The notes under the pieces are model-generated. The model ran no database searches. It was given only the letters and a program-made list of their open reading frames with translations, and had not been told where the DNA came from. A stretch of DNA of 64,000 bases from Cladosporium halotolerans (lineage: Eukaryota), in assembly GCF_011745625.1 (NCBI RefSeq), contig NW_027191461.1:310001-374000 (forward strand), in the 5' to 3' direction. A program made the translations under genes and the position numbers. Shown piece by piece: positions 22,071 through 33,996 of the stretch; position 1 is the first letter of the stretch, and the number at the start of each line of letters is the position of its first letter.

Positions 22071-22875
22071 TTAGATAGCGTACTTGGCCTTGGCTCTGCT
22101 GGAGCCGGAGTGGGCGGAGTCCTGGTGACCGGAGAACTCGACCTGCTCGGTCGGCGGCAGGGCGAGGACCTCCTTGAAGCGCTTGCCGATGAGCTCCAGC
22201 CTCTTCTTGCCCTCCTCGCGGTCGACGCCCTCGGCGGCGGCCTTGCCCTTAGGCGCCTGGCCGGCGGTGCGGGTCCAGAGGCCGACGCGCCAGAAGGCCT
22301 TGCGGATGTTGAGCACGACGCCCATGACCTCATTGTCCTGCTCGTCCTCGAGCGTCTCGCCGATGGCGGCCAACATGATGTTGAGCCAGGTCTCGTCGTT
22401 GGCCTTGCTGTTCTTGAAGGTGTAGGACCAGCGGCCACCGTGCTTGTTCTGCGGGTCCTCCCACTCGGGGCGCACGCCCTTCTTGAAAAGCTGGTAGTCA
22501 GACTTCTGGGCGAGCTCGGAGGCGGAGGTGATGTTGTTCTGTGAACGAGCGGTTAGCGGGTGGATCCAGAAGCGCATGGCGCTGGTTTTTACACACGTAG
22601 ATACCCCAGAACTCCTCAACGCTGTTAAAGCTGATGACCTCCTTCAGAAGCTCGTTCCAGTCCTGCTTGCCGCTCGGCGGCTTGGTGAACCAGAGAGTCC
22701 AGGTGTGCTGAAGCTGGTGCTTGACGTTGAAGTTGGAGGGGTCGTCAAAGACGGTGACGACCTTGCCGGTGGAGGAGCCATTGGTGGCGGCTTCTTCCTT
22801 GTTCTCGCCCTCGGGGGAGATGGGGATGGTGTCGAGCGGAACAGGCTCGCTGGGCTTGGAGGCGACTTCGGCCAT
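22071..22875 (-). CDS. CDC33: Translation initiation factor eIF4E (cap-binding); exons 22875-22597 and 22538-22071
   Basis: KHQLQHTWTLWF, F.SVEEFWGIYNNI, SDYQLFKKGVRPEWEDPQNKHGGRW, GVVLNIRKAFWRVGLW. Confidence 0.95.
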
Positions 22876-23766
22876 GTTTGCGGTATGCGGCGGACGAGGT
22901 GAGTGCGGTGAAGGTGTTTTGATGTAGTCGCGAGAGTAGGTGATCCTTCACAGACTACGCGTGTAGCGATTATCTGTGGTGTTGTGAGGGCGGGATGTGA
23001 GCGTGTTGACGTTGATGCTTGCGCGGACGTCAGTCAAATGAAATTGATTCGGGAAGGAGCTGATTTGCGACGCTAGCAGGCGCAAACTGATCGGCAACGC
23101 CTGCAGGGACAGCTTGGCACGTGGTCAAAGAAGGCACGAATAAAATGATATTTGTTTGCATAAACCACTCACTTCTCCTGATGACTGACCAAAGGCGAGG
23201 AAACAACGTAGTCTTTCAGTGTATGTGTAGGGGTGTCTCAATTGCAATGTCGCAGAAGACGGTCCTTGCGCTGATCTCAAATAGAGACGTTCGGCTTGTG
23301 ATCTGGCCATAGCCATTGTGTTACAGGTAAATTGATCTCGTGCGACCTCACTAAATCTCATTGCCTAAACACGAAGCCTTTTCGCGTACGTGCACAAGTG
23401 ATTACGAGTGCGCCACGGAGATCCCAATTGCTGCTGTAGTCATATGTATTTGGAAAACCTTAAGGAGTGCCATTGTCTTCGCATGTGAAATACTCCCAAA
23501 GATGATAACACATCACATGAATGAAAGTTCAATCTCCCATATAAAATGAAGCAGTGATTTCAAATACAGGCTGTAGCCTCTCCATTTGGCTCTCATCAGG
23601 GCCTAAGGGCAAGCTCGCGCCACTCAGACGCATTCAAAGCTCCGCTATCTTACAGTCCAGGTGTTGACCAACCTAGCATGTGCATAATCCATAATCCTCC
23701 CAAAAAACGCCAGAGCTAATGCTATGTAAGGTATCCAGTAGTCCCGTCATCGTGTCTCCAGTCTCT

Positions 23767-24168
23767 CTAGCCTTGCCTATAGTTTGAAACCTTGTCAGTA
23801 ATTCGTCTTCGGACACCGAGAGGCCGATTCCACACTCACCTCTGCTTGTGCTTCGGGTTCTTGGAGCAAATGATGTAGACATATTTTCCACCCTTTCTCC
23901 TAACGCTCTTGCAGCCATCACACAGCTTCTTCACCGAGCTGCGAACCTTCATTCCGCGGACCTGCTGTCTGCTCACGGCGAGTTTCGCGGCGGGGCTTGC
24001 TGACTTGATGCTGAGCTTCTGGAAGGCGCTGGTGAGGGACTGAGTTTGAGAGCCGCATGTGAGCGAAGAGCACGATCGCGCAAAGGTCGGGAAGGCGACG
24101 CGGGTGCGAATGGTGGGAGCGGCGAAAGAGCGGCGGAGGACCGCGCGGGCGGCCGGTGTCGCGAGCAT
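23767..24168 (-). CDS. Mitochondrial ribosomal protein bL36m; final RQG* supplied after a 3' intron (GTGAGT donor at 23839, TAG acceptor at ~23777)
   Basis: Arg/Ala/Ser-rich presequence followed by [40 protein letters not shown]. Confidence 0.93.
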
Positions 24169-24443
24169 TGTGATTATGGGTTCCAGGACAGTATCAATTT
24201 TTTTTGTGGGCTTCCAGGGGAGGTCGAGGATGGGAGGGAGAGACGGCCGCGTGGATTGAGGATAGTGCTCCCGTGAATGGCGTGGTATAGAGCGGGCACC
24301 TCGATGAAGTTCATTCGGGGGTGCACAGACCATGCGGCCTCCGACCCGACTCGCTCATTCACATGCCACGAACTGCGTCGCGTTTCAACAGTGACAATAC
24401 TACCGATGCAATGAAGGCCGACGCGTGAAAAACCACGGGAGTG

Positions 24444-26132
24444 ATGGCAGAATCCGCGCCCGTCGAAAAGCGAGGGCCTGGGCGCCCGCCCAAGGCTACA
24501 CCAGCGCCTAAAAGACAGAAAGTGTCACATGCCACGCCCAAAGAGTCGACGCCGACAACTACCACCGCACGCGAATCGCCATCAACGCAACCAAATGTTC
24601 CTCCTGGCCTCCCTTCGAAAATCTCTACGACTGCGCCTCTGCCTGCACTGCTGCAACCACAATCGCCGGCAGTTCCAGACAGCGAGTACCAGTCTCTCGC
24701 ATCAAGCGCAGTGCTTGCGGCCTCACTGGAGCGGTCACAACAGGCATGGACTCGAGACGGGATCTTCGAGCGCTTTTGGAGGAAGCCCGAGGGCAGAACA
24801 AAAGGTTCAGATCCTGTACTCAAGAGCATGAAGGACAAGGGCCGTTGCAGGTTGAGGATCGAGCCGCACATATTCGAGGTCAACCTGTGGGTTGTGAGCA
24901 AACCGCGACCACCTGCGCCACCAAAACCTCAACCCCAATATCGGCCGCCTCAGCAGAATCAATTCTACCAGAATCGCCCACTCCCGCCTAATGGCCAGCC
25001 TCAACCTCTGGCACCTCTGCAGAGTCGGCCTCCTCCTACACCACAGCCTCCTGCGCAACCTGCGCAACCTGCGACTCCAGCAGCAGACAAGAAGCCTTCG
25101 CCAGACCCTGTTATTAGCATGCTGGCAACGCGCGCCTCGTCAGACCCGGAATTAAAGGCATTGATGAAAGAGGTGGCTACGGGCAAAGCGACACAGGAAC
25201 AGCTGAAAGTTTTCCAAAAGCACATAGACGAGCTGAGCGCTGCCATACAATCGCAGAAGGCGAAAGAAGCAGCAGAGGAAGAGAAGCTTGCGAAGCAGAA
25301 GCAAACTCCTCAGACCCCCAACATCGCGCCTCAGCCCATGCAGCCGTACGTCGCACCTCAGCAACAAACTCCGACATGGCAGCCCCCTCCGCCGCCTCAG
25401 CAGCAGTACGTGCCACCTCCACCGCCGCCCCCAAGCGAGGTCGTCTTTGCCTTTACTCTGGCCGGCGCCACGGAGGACCGATTCCTCTTCCCCCAGTACA
25501 GCATCCTCGAACCACTGTCCGCCCAACACGTCCTGGCGTCCTTCATCGTCACCCGCAAATGCAGCGAAGCAGCCGACCCAATCGGCCTGAAACTAGACCC
25601 CGACACCGAGTACTGGCAGCCCGTGACGATGATGGTCGAAGTGGCCTACGGCCGCGAACCGCTCCTGAAAGACGTCTCCAAATGGGTCAAGCCGGCGGAG
25701 GAGGTGAGAGAGGAGATGAAGAAGATCATGCAACGGTGCACGCGCGCGCCGGAGACCTTCCTGCCGCTCCGCCTGCCCATCAAAGGAACTGCTTCGGTGC
25801 TCGAGTCCGAGACTGCCAGCAAGACCGGGACTCCCGCGCCGGACGAGAGGAAAGGCTCGAAGGCTAAACTCGCTGCGGCGGGCAAGCGGTCGAGTCTGGC
25901 TAAGGAGGCTTCCGCCAATGACAAGGAGAAGAAGGTGGATGGCAAGCAGGCGAGAGCGGGCGCCGCTGCTGGTGCTGCGAAGCCGGATGGTGCGAATGAG
26001 ACGCCTGTGCAGCCGGATGCGGCGGAAAAGCCTGCTGCGGATGCGGCGACAGAAGGTGCGAAGGACGAGAATGCTGATGCTGCTAGGCCTAGAAGGACTA
26101 CCAGGAAAAGCGTAAGGATCAGCGAGGTGTAG
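24444..26132 (+). CDS. SWC3: Probable SWR1-complex subunit 3 (Swc3-like) with an N-terminal AT-hook
   Basis: KRGPGRPPK AT-hook; SAVLAASLERS...GIFERFW.KP; IEPHIFE; PDPVISMLATRASSDPELKALMKEVATG.A..EQL..FQ.HIDEL; DRFLFP.YSILE. Confidence 0.75.
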   Translation: MAESAPVEKRGPGRPPKATPAPKRQKVSHATPKESTPTTTTARESPSTQPNVPPGLPSKISTTAPLPALLQPQSPAVPDSEYQSLASSAVLAASLERSQQAWTRDGIFERFWRKPEGRTKGSDPVLKSMKDKGRCRLRIEPHIFEVNLWVVSKPRPPAPPKPQPQYRPPQQNQFYQNRPLPPNGQPQPLAPLQSRPPPTPQPPAQPAQPATPAADKKPSPDPVISMLATRASSDPELKALMKEVATGKATQEQLKVFQKHIDELSAAIQSQKAKEAAEEEKLAKQKQTPQTPNIAPQPMQPYVAPQQQTPTWQPPPPPQQQYVPPPPPPPSEVVFAFTLAGATEDRFLFPQYSILEPLSAQHVLASFIVTRKCSEAADPIGLKLDPDTEYWQPVTMMVEVAYGREPLLKDVSKWVKPAEEVREEMKKIMQRCTRAPETFLPLRLPIKGTASVLESETASKTGTPAPDERKGSKAKLAAAGKRSSLAKEASANDKEKKVDGKQARAGAAAGAAKPDGANETPVQPDAAEKPAADAATEGAKDENADAARPRRTTRKSVRISEV

Positions 26133-26378
26133 AAGTCGAGAGCGAGTCGCTGGTTGTTCTGACCGTACGAGTTTATATGATACCCAAACAATGTTTATTA
26201 CTTCCACTACTTCTAGGGCTCCTCTTGTCAAGCACAATAGTACGGGAAAGAATTTCAGGGAAAATTGATCACAGGATACAGTAACTCAGCAGATCGATAT
26301 GCCCAATATACAGTCACTCCAGACCCCAGGCGCCTCGCTCAAGAACGCAACAAACAACGTAGGTTGAGACCGCGCTCA

Positions 26379-26836
26379 TTAGTTCCAGCCAATAATCCCC
26401 TCGCCCAGCACCGTCTGCTCGTTGACGAAAGACACCCTCCGCCCAATCACCCCGTCGCCCCCTACGCCGAGATCAAGCCGTTGGTTCAGATCGAAAGCAT
26501 TCCCCTGGTGCGCCGTCTGCGGCACCGCGAAGCGATGCAGGATCGATGATTCAGAGTGGCTCCCGGTCACGAGGTCGCCGTCGCGGCTGCGGATCGTTGT
26601 CAGCAGGGGCTCGGTGGAAAGTGATGCGTGGGAGTCACTCACTGGATCACGAAGTAGCTGCCCAGGGGGCTGGCCTCGAGGCCTTCGAAGGTTGCTGTGG
26701 TGTGGCCGTTGATTGCGTCGGCGGCGAGGCGGAGGGACAGTTCTCTGTGTAGTTGCGGGCGTTGGGAGGATGGTTTGGGCTGCAGGACGGCGATGCTGCC
26801 GCCTTGGCTTGTTCTGCTGGAGGTTCCGTTGCACAT
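26379..26836 (-). CDS. Small Cu/Zn superoxide-dismutase-fold-like protein lacking most metal ligands (133 aa); exons 26836-26643 and 26586-26379
   Basis: Splicing (GTGAGT...CTGAC...CAG) creates GSYFVIHRDGDL; the C-terminus is LGVGGDGVIGRRVSF...LGEGIIGWN. Both segments resemble SOD/CCS strands. Confidence 0.7.
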
Positions 26837-27679
26837 TGTGTTGTTGATGGTGTCGTGGGTGTTGCTGCGTGAGTAAAGTTAAAGCGGTTGACTTGTTGAC
26901 GGTTTCAAAGGTAAAGGTAGATGTTTGTTTGAAAATATGCTGCGATAATGATCGTGTCAACAACAATGAGATCGGGGAGTCGTAGCAGCTGCCTCCCCTT
27001 CTCCCATTCAGTGCATGTCTGTCTAAATAGTCTTGACCACCTCAATGGCCGGGCACGTGACGCGGCTGGTGAGCAGGTTCCCAGCGCGGCTGAGGACGAA
27101 TGAGCAAATTTCGTGTCTCGCTGTCTCACGCGACTGATTAACGTCGACCGCACCTCGTCTCTGCAGGGGCTGGAGCTGAACCACCTCATTCCTTTGTGGC
27201 TCTTCTGATCTTGTTGCTCTGGCCACGCGCCACGCCGTTTTGACCTCTCCGCGTGGATGGAAGGGGGCTGTCTTCACAACTGCAGCACTCCACTCCACGC
27301 AGCTTCACCTGTCACGTTTCAATCTGTACAGCGCCAATGCTGCGGCACATGGCGGCAGATGCCCGCCGCTTATTCAGAAGTCAATATAGAGGCACTCCGA
27401 GTAGGAATCAGTTCGAATCCCTAGATCGAAGATCAGCACGCCGCCACAGCCCACAGAGTCAGAGAACATGGGAATCAACATAGAATTTCTGAAGCATTTA
27501 GGCACGTGTTCTTTCAAGGGCTTATAATCTGCGATTCAATCAATCAATTCACGAATCTGTCTAATCTTCTGCGGGAAAAAAAATAGGAAACCAAGCATGC
27601 CATGGAGTGGAGAGAACGAATCTGACCAAAACCTCTGCTTGCCACTAATGCAGGATCACTTTTCCTCCACATCTCAAAC

Positions 27680-29140
27680 CTAGTTGCCTCCGCCAAGCTG
27701 GAACCTGCGGATCGCGCGACGAGCCCCCTGTTCCAGGAGTGCCTCTTCAATAATGTCAGCAAATCTCGGCTCGTAAAGCTCGAAATACCGCTGGGAAATC
27801 GCCATGCCGTCGAATCTGACGAGGACTGAGCCCGGTCCCACAACGCCGAGAGCTGCCGGCAAAGTCCCGTCAATCATGTCGGCGATTCTCTGGTGTCTGA
27901 CACCGAAGTTAGTGATTTGCACCGACTCCTCAACAGGGTCAGGCCAACCCGTCCAGCCAGGAGTACGAGCCGCGTCCCAGGCGTCGCTGACCTGCCACAT
28001 CTGAGCTAGAAGATCGTCCGCAAGATGCCTCATGTCGGTAAGAACTTGCGGGACGCGTTGCTGGCCCTCGGTCATCTCTGAGATCTCTTGCTCTAACTGC
28101 GTCGAGATCGTCAAAAAATCCAGGATGTCCATGGTCAATCCCGCAAATTCACGGTCATCTGCGTTCGCGGTGAAGGCAGGATCGACTTGCAGGTTAGCAT
28201 CGTCGCTCTCAGCATCATCGTCATCGCCATCATCATCATCGGCACCATCAAGGTCGTCAAGCACCTGAAGGACCGTGCTGACTATTAACTCAACGATGGG
28301 CCCGCTCTGATCGTTCAAGGGAGGATCAAAAAAGATGTGATTGCCTCCGGCGAGAATGCCCAGGACATTGATCATGATCGCGTTGAATTGCTCAGGGGTG
28401 ATGGTCTGGATATTCACGTCCCCAGGGAGCGCGACTGCAACATGCCTCGGGGCGGGCGGATCGAAGATCCCGTCCTCGAGGGTTCCGAAGCGTGGGCAAG
28501 GCTTACCGGCAACAAAGTGATCATCCCCAGTCTCCTCGCCGCAGAGGAAGCAGAACTCGGTGCCACACGAGCAAACCATGGCGTTGCAGCCGTCACGGAG
28601 CTCGACCGGAATCCCGCACGCGGCATACGGGCAGCGCTGCCACTCCTTGCCCTTGGTCTCAGGATTCATGCTCTGCTCTTGACGAGGAGCAGCGCACACG
28701 TGATCGGAGTAGGGGCGATCGACAGGGTCACGGCAAGTAACGCAGACGTGACCCCTGCACTTCCCACAGCGGGCGACCTTCTCCTTGATGACCTTACAAT
28801 CGCCCAAGAACGAGTTGCAGATATCGTAGCTCTCCTCAGAGCCGACCTTTTGCGGGCAGAAAAGCCTCTGCCCGATGGGGGTCTCGTACTCGGCGACTTT
28901 TTTGCGCCAGGCCCGCTCGAACTCCGGCGGGAGCATGTCCATGAAGTCTTCGAATTCGATCGCGATGTTACCCCAGCGGGGCGGGTAGTCGATCTCGTTC
29001 TTGAGGGCCTTCTCGAACAGCGGCGGGATGGTGAGCGCACATTGCGGGCAGATTGCGTCGCCCTCGATGTGGCGGACGTCTTTCTTTGGATCGGTTCTCT
29101 CTTCCAGGCAGACCGTGCATTCAAAGCTAACGGTCGCCAT
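27680..29140 (-). CDS. RBR (RING-IBR-RING) E3 ubiquitin ligase-like protein
   Basis: CTVC...CPQC...NEIDYPPRW; EYET...RLFCP...C..C.KC...C.TC...H.C; GKEWQRCP..C...ELRDGCNAMVC.CGTEFCFLCG. Likely start MATVSFEC at 29140. Confidence 0.85.
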   Translation of the reverse strand: MATVSFECTVCLEERTDPKKDVRHIEGDAICPQCALTIPPLFEKALKNEIDYPPRWGNIAIEFEDFMDMLPPEFERAWRKKVAEYETPIGQRLFCPQKVGSEESYDICNSFLGDCKVIKEKVARCGKCRGHVCVTCRDPVDRPYSDHVCAAPRQEQSMNPETKGKEWQRCPYAACGIPVELRDGCNAMVCSCGTEFCFLCGEETGDDHFVAGKPCPRFGTLEDGIFDPPAPRHVAVALPGDVNIQTITPEQFNAIMINVLGILAGGNHIFFDPPLNDQSGPIVELIVSTVLQVLDDLDGADDDDGDDDDAESDDANLQVDPAFTANADDREFAGLTMDILDFLTISTQLEQEISEMTEGQQRVPQVLTDMRHLADDLLAQMWQVSDAWDAARTPGWTGWPDPVEESVQITNFGVRHQRIADMIDGTLPAALGVVGPGSVLVRFDGMAISQRYFELYEPRFADIIEEALLEQGARRAIRRFQLGGGN

Positions 29141-29974
29141 GGTCGAGATTGACCCTAGGCGGTTCCTTTCAGCTTGTCCTTGTTGTTGCAGATTGATTGG
29201 TGAGTCTCGTGTGGTCCACTTGGCTCGTTGAAGTATTTGGAGAAGGAGGTTGGCCATCAGGGCAGGGGGCTGAGGGGTTTTTGATCTTGCGGCAGACGAC
29301 TCTTGTCGACCAGCGTGAATGCCCTTGTGTGTCTGTGAATTTGGAGCTTCTTTGTTCTCGCACAACGCGTAAGTGTTGTGGAAGTGAAGTGCTCCCGGAG
29401 TCGCACACTGGCCATAACGGCAGAGCGAAAAAGCGAGACAGTCTCGCTCCAGTATTGAATATTGCACCTACGGGTGCCTAACTTTTGCACGTGCGTTTCG
29501 CTTCTTGCGCCATGGGAAGGCCTCTCAGCGTTGTCACTGGTGTCGAGTTGAGGCCTGAGTGAGACAATGGTGTTGTTCCAGCAGAATCGGCTTTGTCCAT
29601 TGTCGCCTTGCACAACAAAGACAATCCTAGGACTGGTCGGCTAGCGACTTGAGCTGAATCGCCGTGTCTGGCGTTTCGTTTCGACGTGAGGGTGGCATGG
29701 CGTCTCTGTATTCAGATTAGTGAATGTGTAGCTGTTCGCGGTTGCTGGTAGTGAAGGATCGCTCGAGCACTCATGTCCCTCCAATCCGTGGTATATGAAA
29801 GAAGCCAACTTGAGCACCCGTCGATGGGAAAGTGACAAGGCTATTGAAAACGATGAGATATCACTCCGGAAACATGGTGAAGCTGATACGTCAGGTCCTA
29901 GTAAACACGTCTGTACAATTACTATCTCCTCTATGTGTATCCTTCTCATCATTGTCACGAATGGACAAGCTCAT

Positions 29975-32513
29975 TTAAGCATAGCTAGTCTGGTTCTCAG
30001 GACCAGTGCCGGGGTAGCCACCAACCCAGTAAGACTCGGTCTTGAAGTGGGGAGGCGGGGGCTGGGGCCAGTGGTCAAGGATGACAGGCTCACCAGTCAG
30101 GGTGAAGTTGGTGACGGCCTTGGCGTCGTTGTCGATGACCAGCGCGTAGTCACCAGGGTAGAGGGTCATGTCGCCGTTGTCAGCGACGCGGCCGAGAGAG
30201 CCGAGCTTCAGGTCGAGCGTGGCGCTGCCGGAGGAGCCGGCGGCGACGTCGTGGACGCGAGCGTAGGCCTTGAGCTGCTTGCGCGGGTACGGCTGGGGGC
30301 CGAACTGGCCGGTCAGGTAGCCGAGGACGACGTAGTCGGAGCTGACGGAGCCGGTGTTCTCGACGGTGACGTCGAAGCTGGAGAAGGGGCACAGGTCGGG
30401 GTAGCGCTCGTCGCAGTTGCCGGTCAGGTCCTGGATGGAGTAGCTCGCGCCGGACTCGGTGGTGTTGTTGCCGTAGCTGGAGGGGGAGCCCTGGCTGTCG
30501 AAAGAGGCGGAGAAGTTGGTGTAGTGGAGACCGTGGCCGAACTCGAAGACAGGCTCGCCTTCGTACCACATGTAAGTGCGGCCGGGGGAGCCAGTGGTCT
30601 CATTCGGGCGGAGGGTCATGTCGGTCATCGGGATCTGGCCAATGTAGGCAGCCGGGTACTGGGTGACGGGCAGTCTGCCAGCGGGAGCAGTGATACCCTG
30701 GATGATGTTGAAGATCGCAGTACCGCCAGACTGGCCGGGGTATCCTGCCCAAAGAAGGCCGGTGATGTTCGGGTTGTTGGCGATCGGAGTGTCATCGAGC
30801 ATGGTACCCATCTGAACAACGACCATGGGCTTGCCGTACTCTGCGAGACGCTCGATGATATCGATCTGGTTGCCAGACCATCCAATGTCATGGCGGTCGT
30901 GGTCCTCAGCCTCCACGTCGTTGTCGATGCCACCAACGAAAATGATCACGTCGCTTTGCTCAGCAGCGGTCCACAGCGGCTTCAGGTTGTCCTACAACGA
31001 TGTTAGTCACAATGCGGTTCGATTCGGAGTACTTGAGAGGAAACTCACGGTAGTCGGGTTGTTCTTGCCTCCGCCAGGCTGGTTGACAAGGTTTACAGTC
31101 GCACCAGTCTGGTTGGCAGCGTAGTAGGGGCCGTGCAGGTATGGTGCAATGCCGTAGTAGTTGCCTTGCATCTGCTCGGTAGCGTTCGCCCAGCTTCCAA
31201 CCAGAGCGATGGACATGTTGCTACCGAGCTTCATGGGAAGACCGCCATCGTTCTTCAGAAGAACGATGCCTTCCTCGGCGGCGCGCAAAGCGAGCTGCTG
31301 GGCCTCCTCAGTGTTGACGTCGTTCCAGCCAAGGCCGCGGTAAGTGCTGTTCGGGCCATCGAAGTAACCAAGACGCACGAGAGAGGAGTACTGGCGGATG
31401 AGGGACATGTCGAGGTCGGACTCGTCGATCAGGCCTTGCTCATGGGCACCAGGGAGGTAAGTCGAGTAGTAGGTACCGCAGTCGTAATCAGTACCGGCAG
31501 TCAAAGCTTCCGCGACGACCTTCTCACGGGTGTCATTGTAACGGTGGGGGTAGTAGATGTTCTGAACCGCGCCGCAGTCGCTGACGACAGTCTGCTGCTC
31601 ATCGGTCCAGTCCCAGTGCTCGCGGAGGACATCGTTCAAGAGCCAAGGGTCCGCGCAAGTTGGGCGACCGTTGAGAGCATTGTAAGTGCACATGAAGCTG
31701 AACGCGTTCGAGTCTCTCGCGCATTGCTGGAAGGGAGGCATGTAGTACTCCACGAGGTCGCGGGAGCCAATCTGGGCATCGAACTGGTGACGGTGGTTAC
31801 CGTTCCAGGACTCGAGGTCGTATCCGGCAAAGTGCTTGCAGGTGGCACCCATACGCTTGACCTCGGGGTCCTCTCCACCTTGGAGACCGTCGATGAGCGC
31901 CTTCACGTAGCTGCTCAAGTGGAAGGGGTCTTCGCCGGGGGTCTCCTGTCCACGTCCCCATCTCGGGTCTCTGAAGGGGTTGATGTTGGGCTAGACATGA
32001 GCATTAGCTTTTAGCGATTGACGGTAGTGATCGCTCGACACTTACAGTCCACGCCTGCAGACCTGACTTGAGGTTGTTGCCGAACGCGCGGAACTCAGTG
32101 GAGATCACAGTCGCGATGCGGTGCACCAAGTCATCATCGAAAGCAGCCCCTGTGATGATGGGCTGGGGGAATGATGTTGCGTGGCTCCATTCGCCCTCCT
32201 CTTCAAACTGAACACCGTTCTGCTCAGCGACTCCGTGGAGGGCCTCGTTCCACCAGATGTAGGGAGGCAGACCGATGCGAGGCGCACCAGGCTGGTTCTG
32301 GTCGGTGTTCGCGAACTTCTCCTCCAATGTCATCTCCTTGACCAGAGCGGTCGCTCTTGCCAAAGGATCCGCATTCCGGTTGCAAACTGTGTTGTTGCTG
32401 AGAGGACCATTCGCGCAGTCCGGGAAGTATCGTGCTGAGCGGTTGGCCTCAGTCTGGGCTGAAGCATGGCCGACGAGGGCCGTCAAAAGAATGCCACCCA
32501 ATGCTGCAGACAT
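29975..32513 (-). CDS. Secreted GH3 beta-xylosidase (XlnD/BxlB-like); exons 32513-32046, 31990-31049, 30991-29975
   Basis: Signal peptide; PDCANGPLSNNTVC, WWNEALHGVA, ATSFPQPI, PNINPFRDPRWGRGQETPGED, KHFAGYD, VSDC nucleophile motif, WAGYPGQSGG, PGRTY.WY...PVFEFGHGLHYT. Confidence 0.95.
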
Positions 32514-33598
32514 TGTAGCTGGAGTAGGTCGTGGTGTGAAAGAAGCAGAAACACGCGCGCACTCCTACCTTTTTGTAGCAACGCGTCAGGCTTGGACCTC
32601 CGCAGAAATGCCATGAACGGATGCCGTCACTTTTGCTATTTACCCTGCCATGATCCACACTTCTTCGCGGCTCGCATGGCTGACTCTGTACCTGGTTGAA
32701 GTATATGATGCTCGTGCGAGGACGAGTGGGTCGACGCAAGGCATTGGCTTCACGAGGGTGGCTCTTGGACCTGAAAAAGTGCGCGGCTCCCACCGGAATG
32801 CTGCGGGATATTGGACAAGGTTGCGATCAATAGAGGTAGGATCAGCGGTGCCCGTGGAGCCTCATGGCAGAGCGAGGATGTTGGATCAGAGGTGGAGCTC
32901 TCCATCGTTGATCCGGAGACTTTTGGAGAAGGGTCCTGGTTCTTTCCCCATCGCCAATGCGTTTCCCCGCAACGAGCTCCACTCTGCGTCAGGCAGTTGA
33001 GGTCTCTCGTCTTCATGCTCCTGGTCGTGATTTGATCCTCCGTTGACACCAGTCTGCTTTGTCTCTCTGCTTTGGAGGTGTGTGCAGCAAAGGATGACGT
33101 TAGACGGCTTGCAAGCCAAGTCGTCAATCGACTCGATGTGCCGAGAACCGGATGCACGTATGCCTTGCCAATGTTGCTTGCATTCAGGCAGAATATCAGC
33201 CGAACGGTTCGGCGAATGGATCCGAAGATTGGGGCTGTGGGGTGCCTTGGCTGGGATCCTGACATGCCCTATGTAGAAGTGATGATGAGGTTGTACATTG
33301 CTGCATTTAGCCTGAATTCTGTACCTGAACGATCTCACCTTTGTGCAAGCACAATAACAACAATAATGAACACAGTGCGCCTTGAGACCATGGAGGGATC
33401 GCGTTCACTCGCTCATGTAAAGCAGCCAAGACGCGTACTGAATAGCGGTGAGCTGTGCCGTTCGGGGGCTGCCTCTTACCCATTGTACAGCAGAAGAGAA
33501 GACCATTCGTGAATTGAAGGCCTCCAGGAAGATTTTGGCAATTCAAAAATCAATTGGTATATAATTTTAGATGGCAAGACTGAGTTCAACTTCAAGCA

Positions 33599-33691
33599 TC
33601 CTCGCTGGCGCAACCGGTAGCGCGTTCGGCTGTTAGAATCTTTGGATCTCAGCATACCGGAAGGTTAGTGGTTCGAGCCCACTGTGAGGAG
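33599..33691 (+). tRNA. tRNA-Asn(GTT) with a ~20-nt intron
   Basis: TCCTCGC-TGGCGCAACCGGTAGCGCG-TTCGGCTGTTA-[intron]-ACCGGAAGGTT-AGTGGTTCGAGCCCACT-GTGAGGAG, followed by T-runs. Confidence 0.92.
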
Positions 33692-33996
33692 TTCCATTCG
33701 CAAGGATTGAACTTCATCTTTTGCTTTTGCCTATCACGGCGTTCTCAACTGAGCAATTGATAAATTTCTACTTTGTGTTTTTGTGATGATCGTGGATAAG
33801 CCCCCCCCCTCCCCCTCCAAGACAGAACGCTATCACTAAAAGCGCCAATCGATCTGAGTATCGTCGGAAGGGGTACGGTGATCTGTCAATCGACTAAGAA
33901 ATCTCACTGCAGTACCGTCAACGTCATGGCGTAAAGAGGCGCATTGTGGTCACATGCTGACAGTACGATTGATTGGGAGAAAGAATCATGAAGATA

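Noticed and set aside
29795..32014. Long plus-strand ORFs (403 aa and 293 aa) and similar antisense ORFs over YTA7, AGC1, MFS, RBR and PP1
   Set aside because: These are antisense shadows of GC3-biased coding sequences on the opposite strand and contain no domain motifs.
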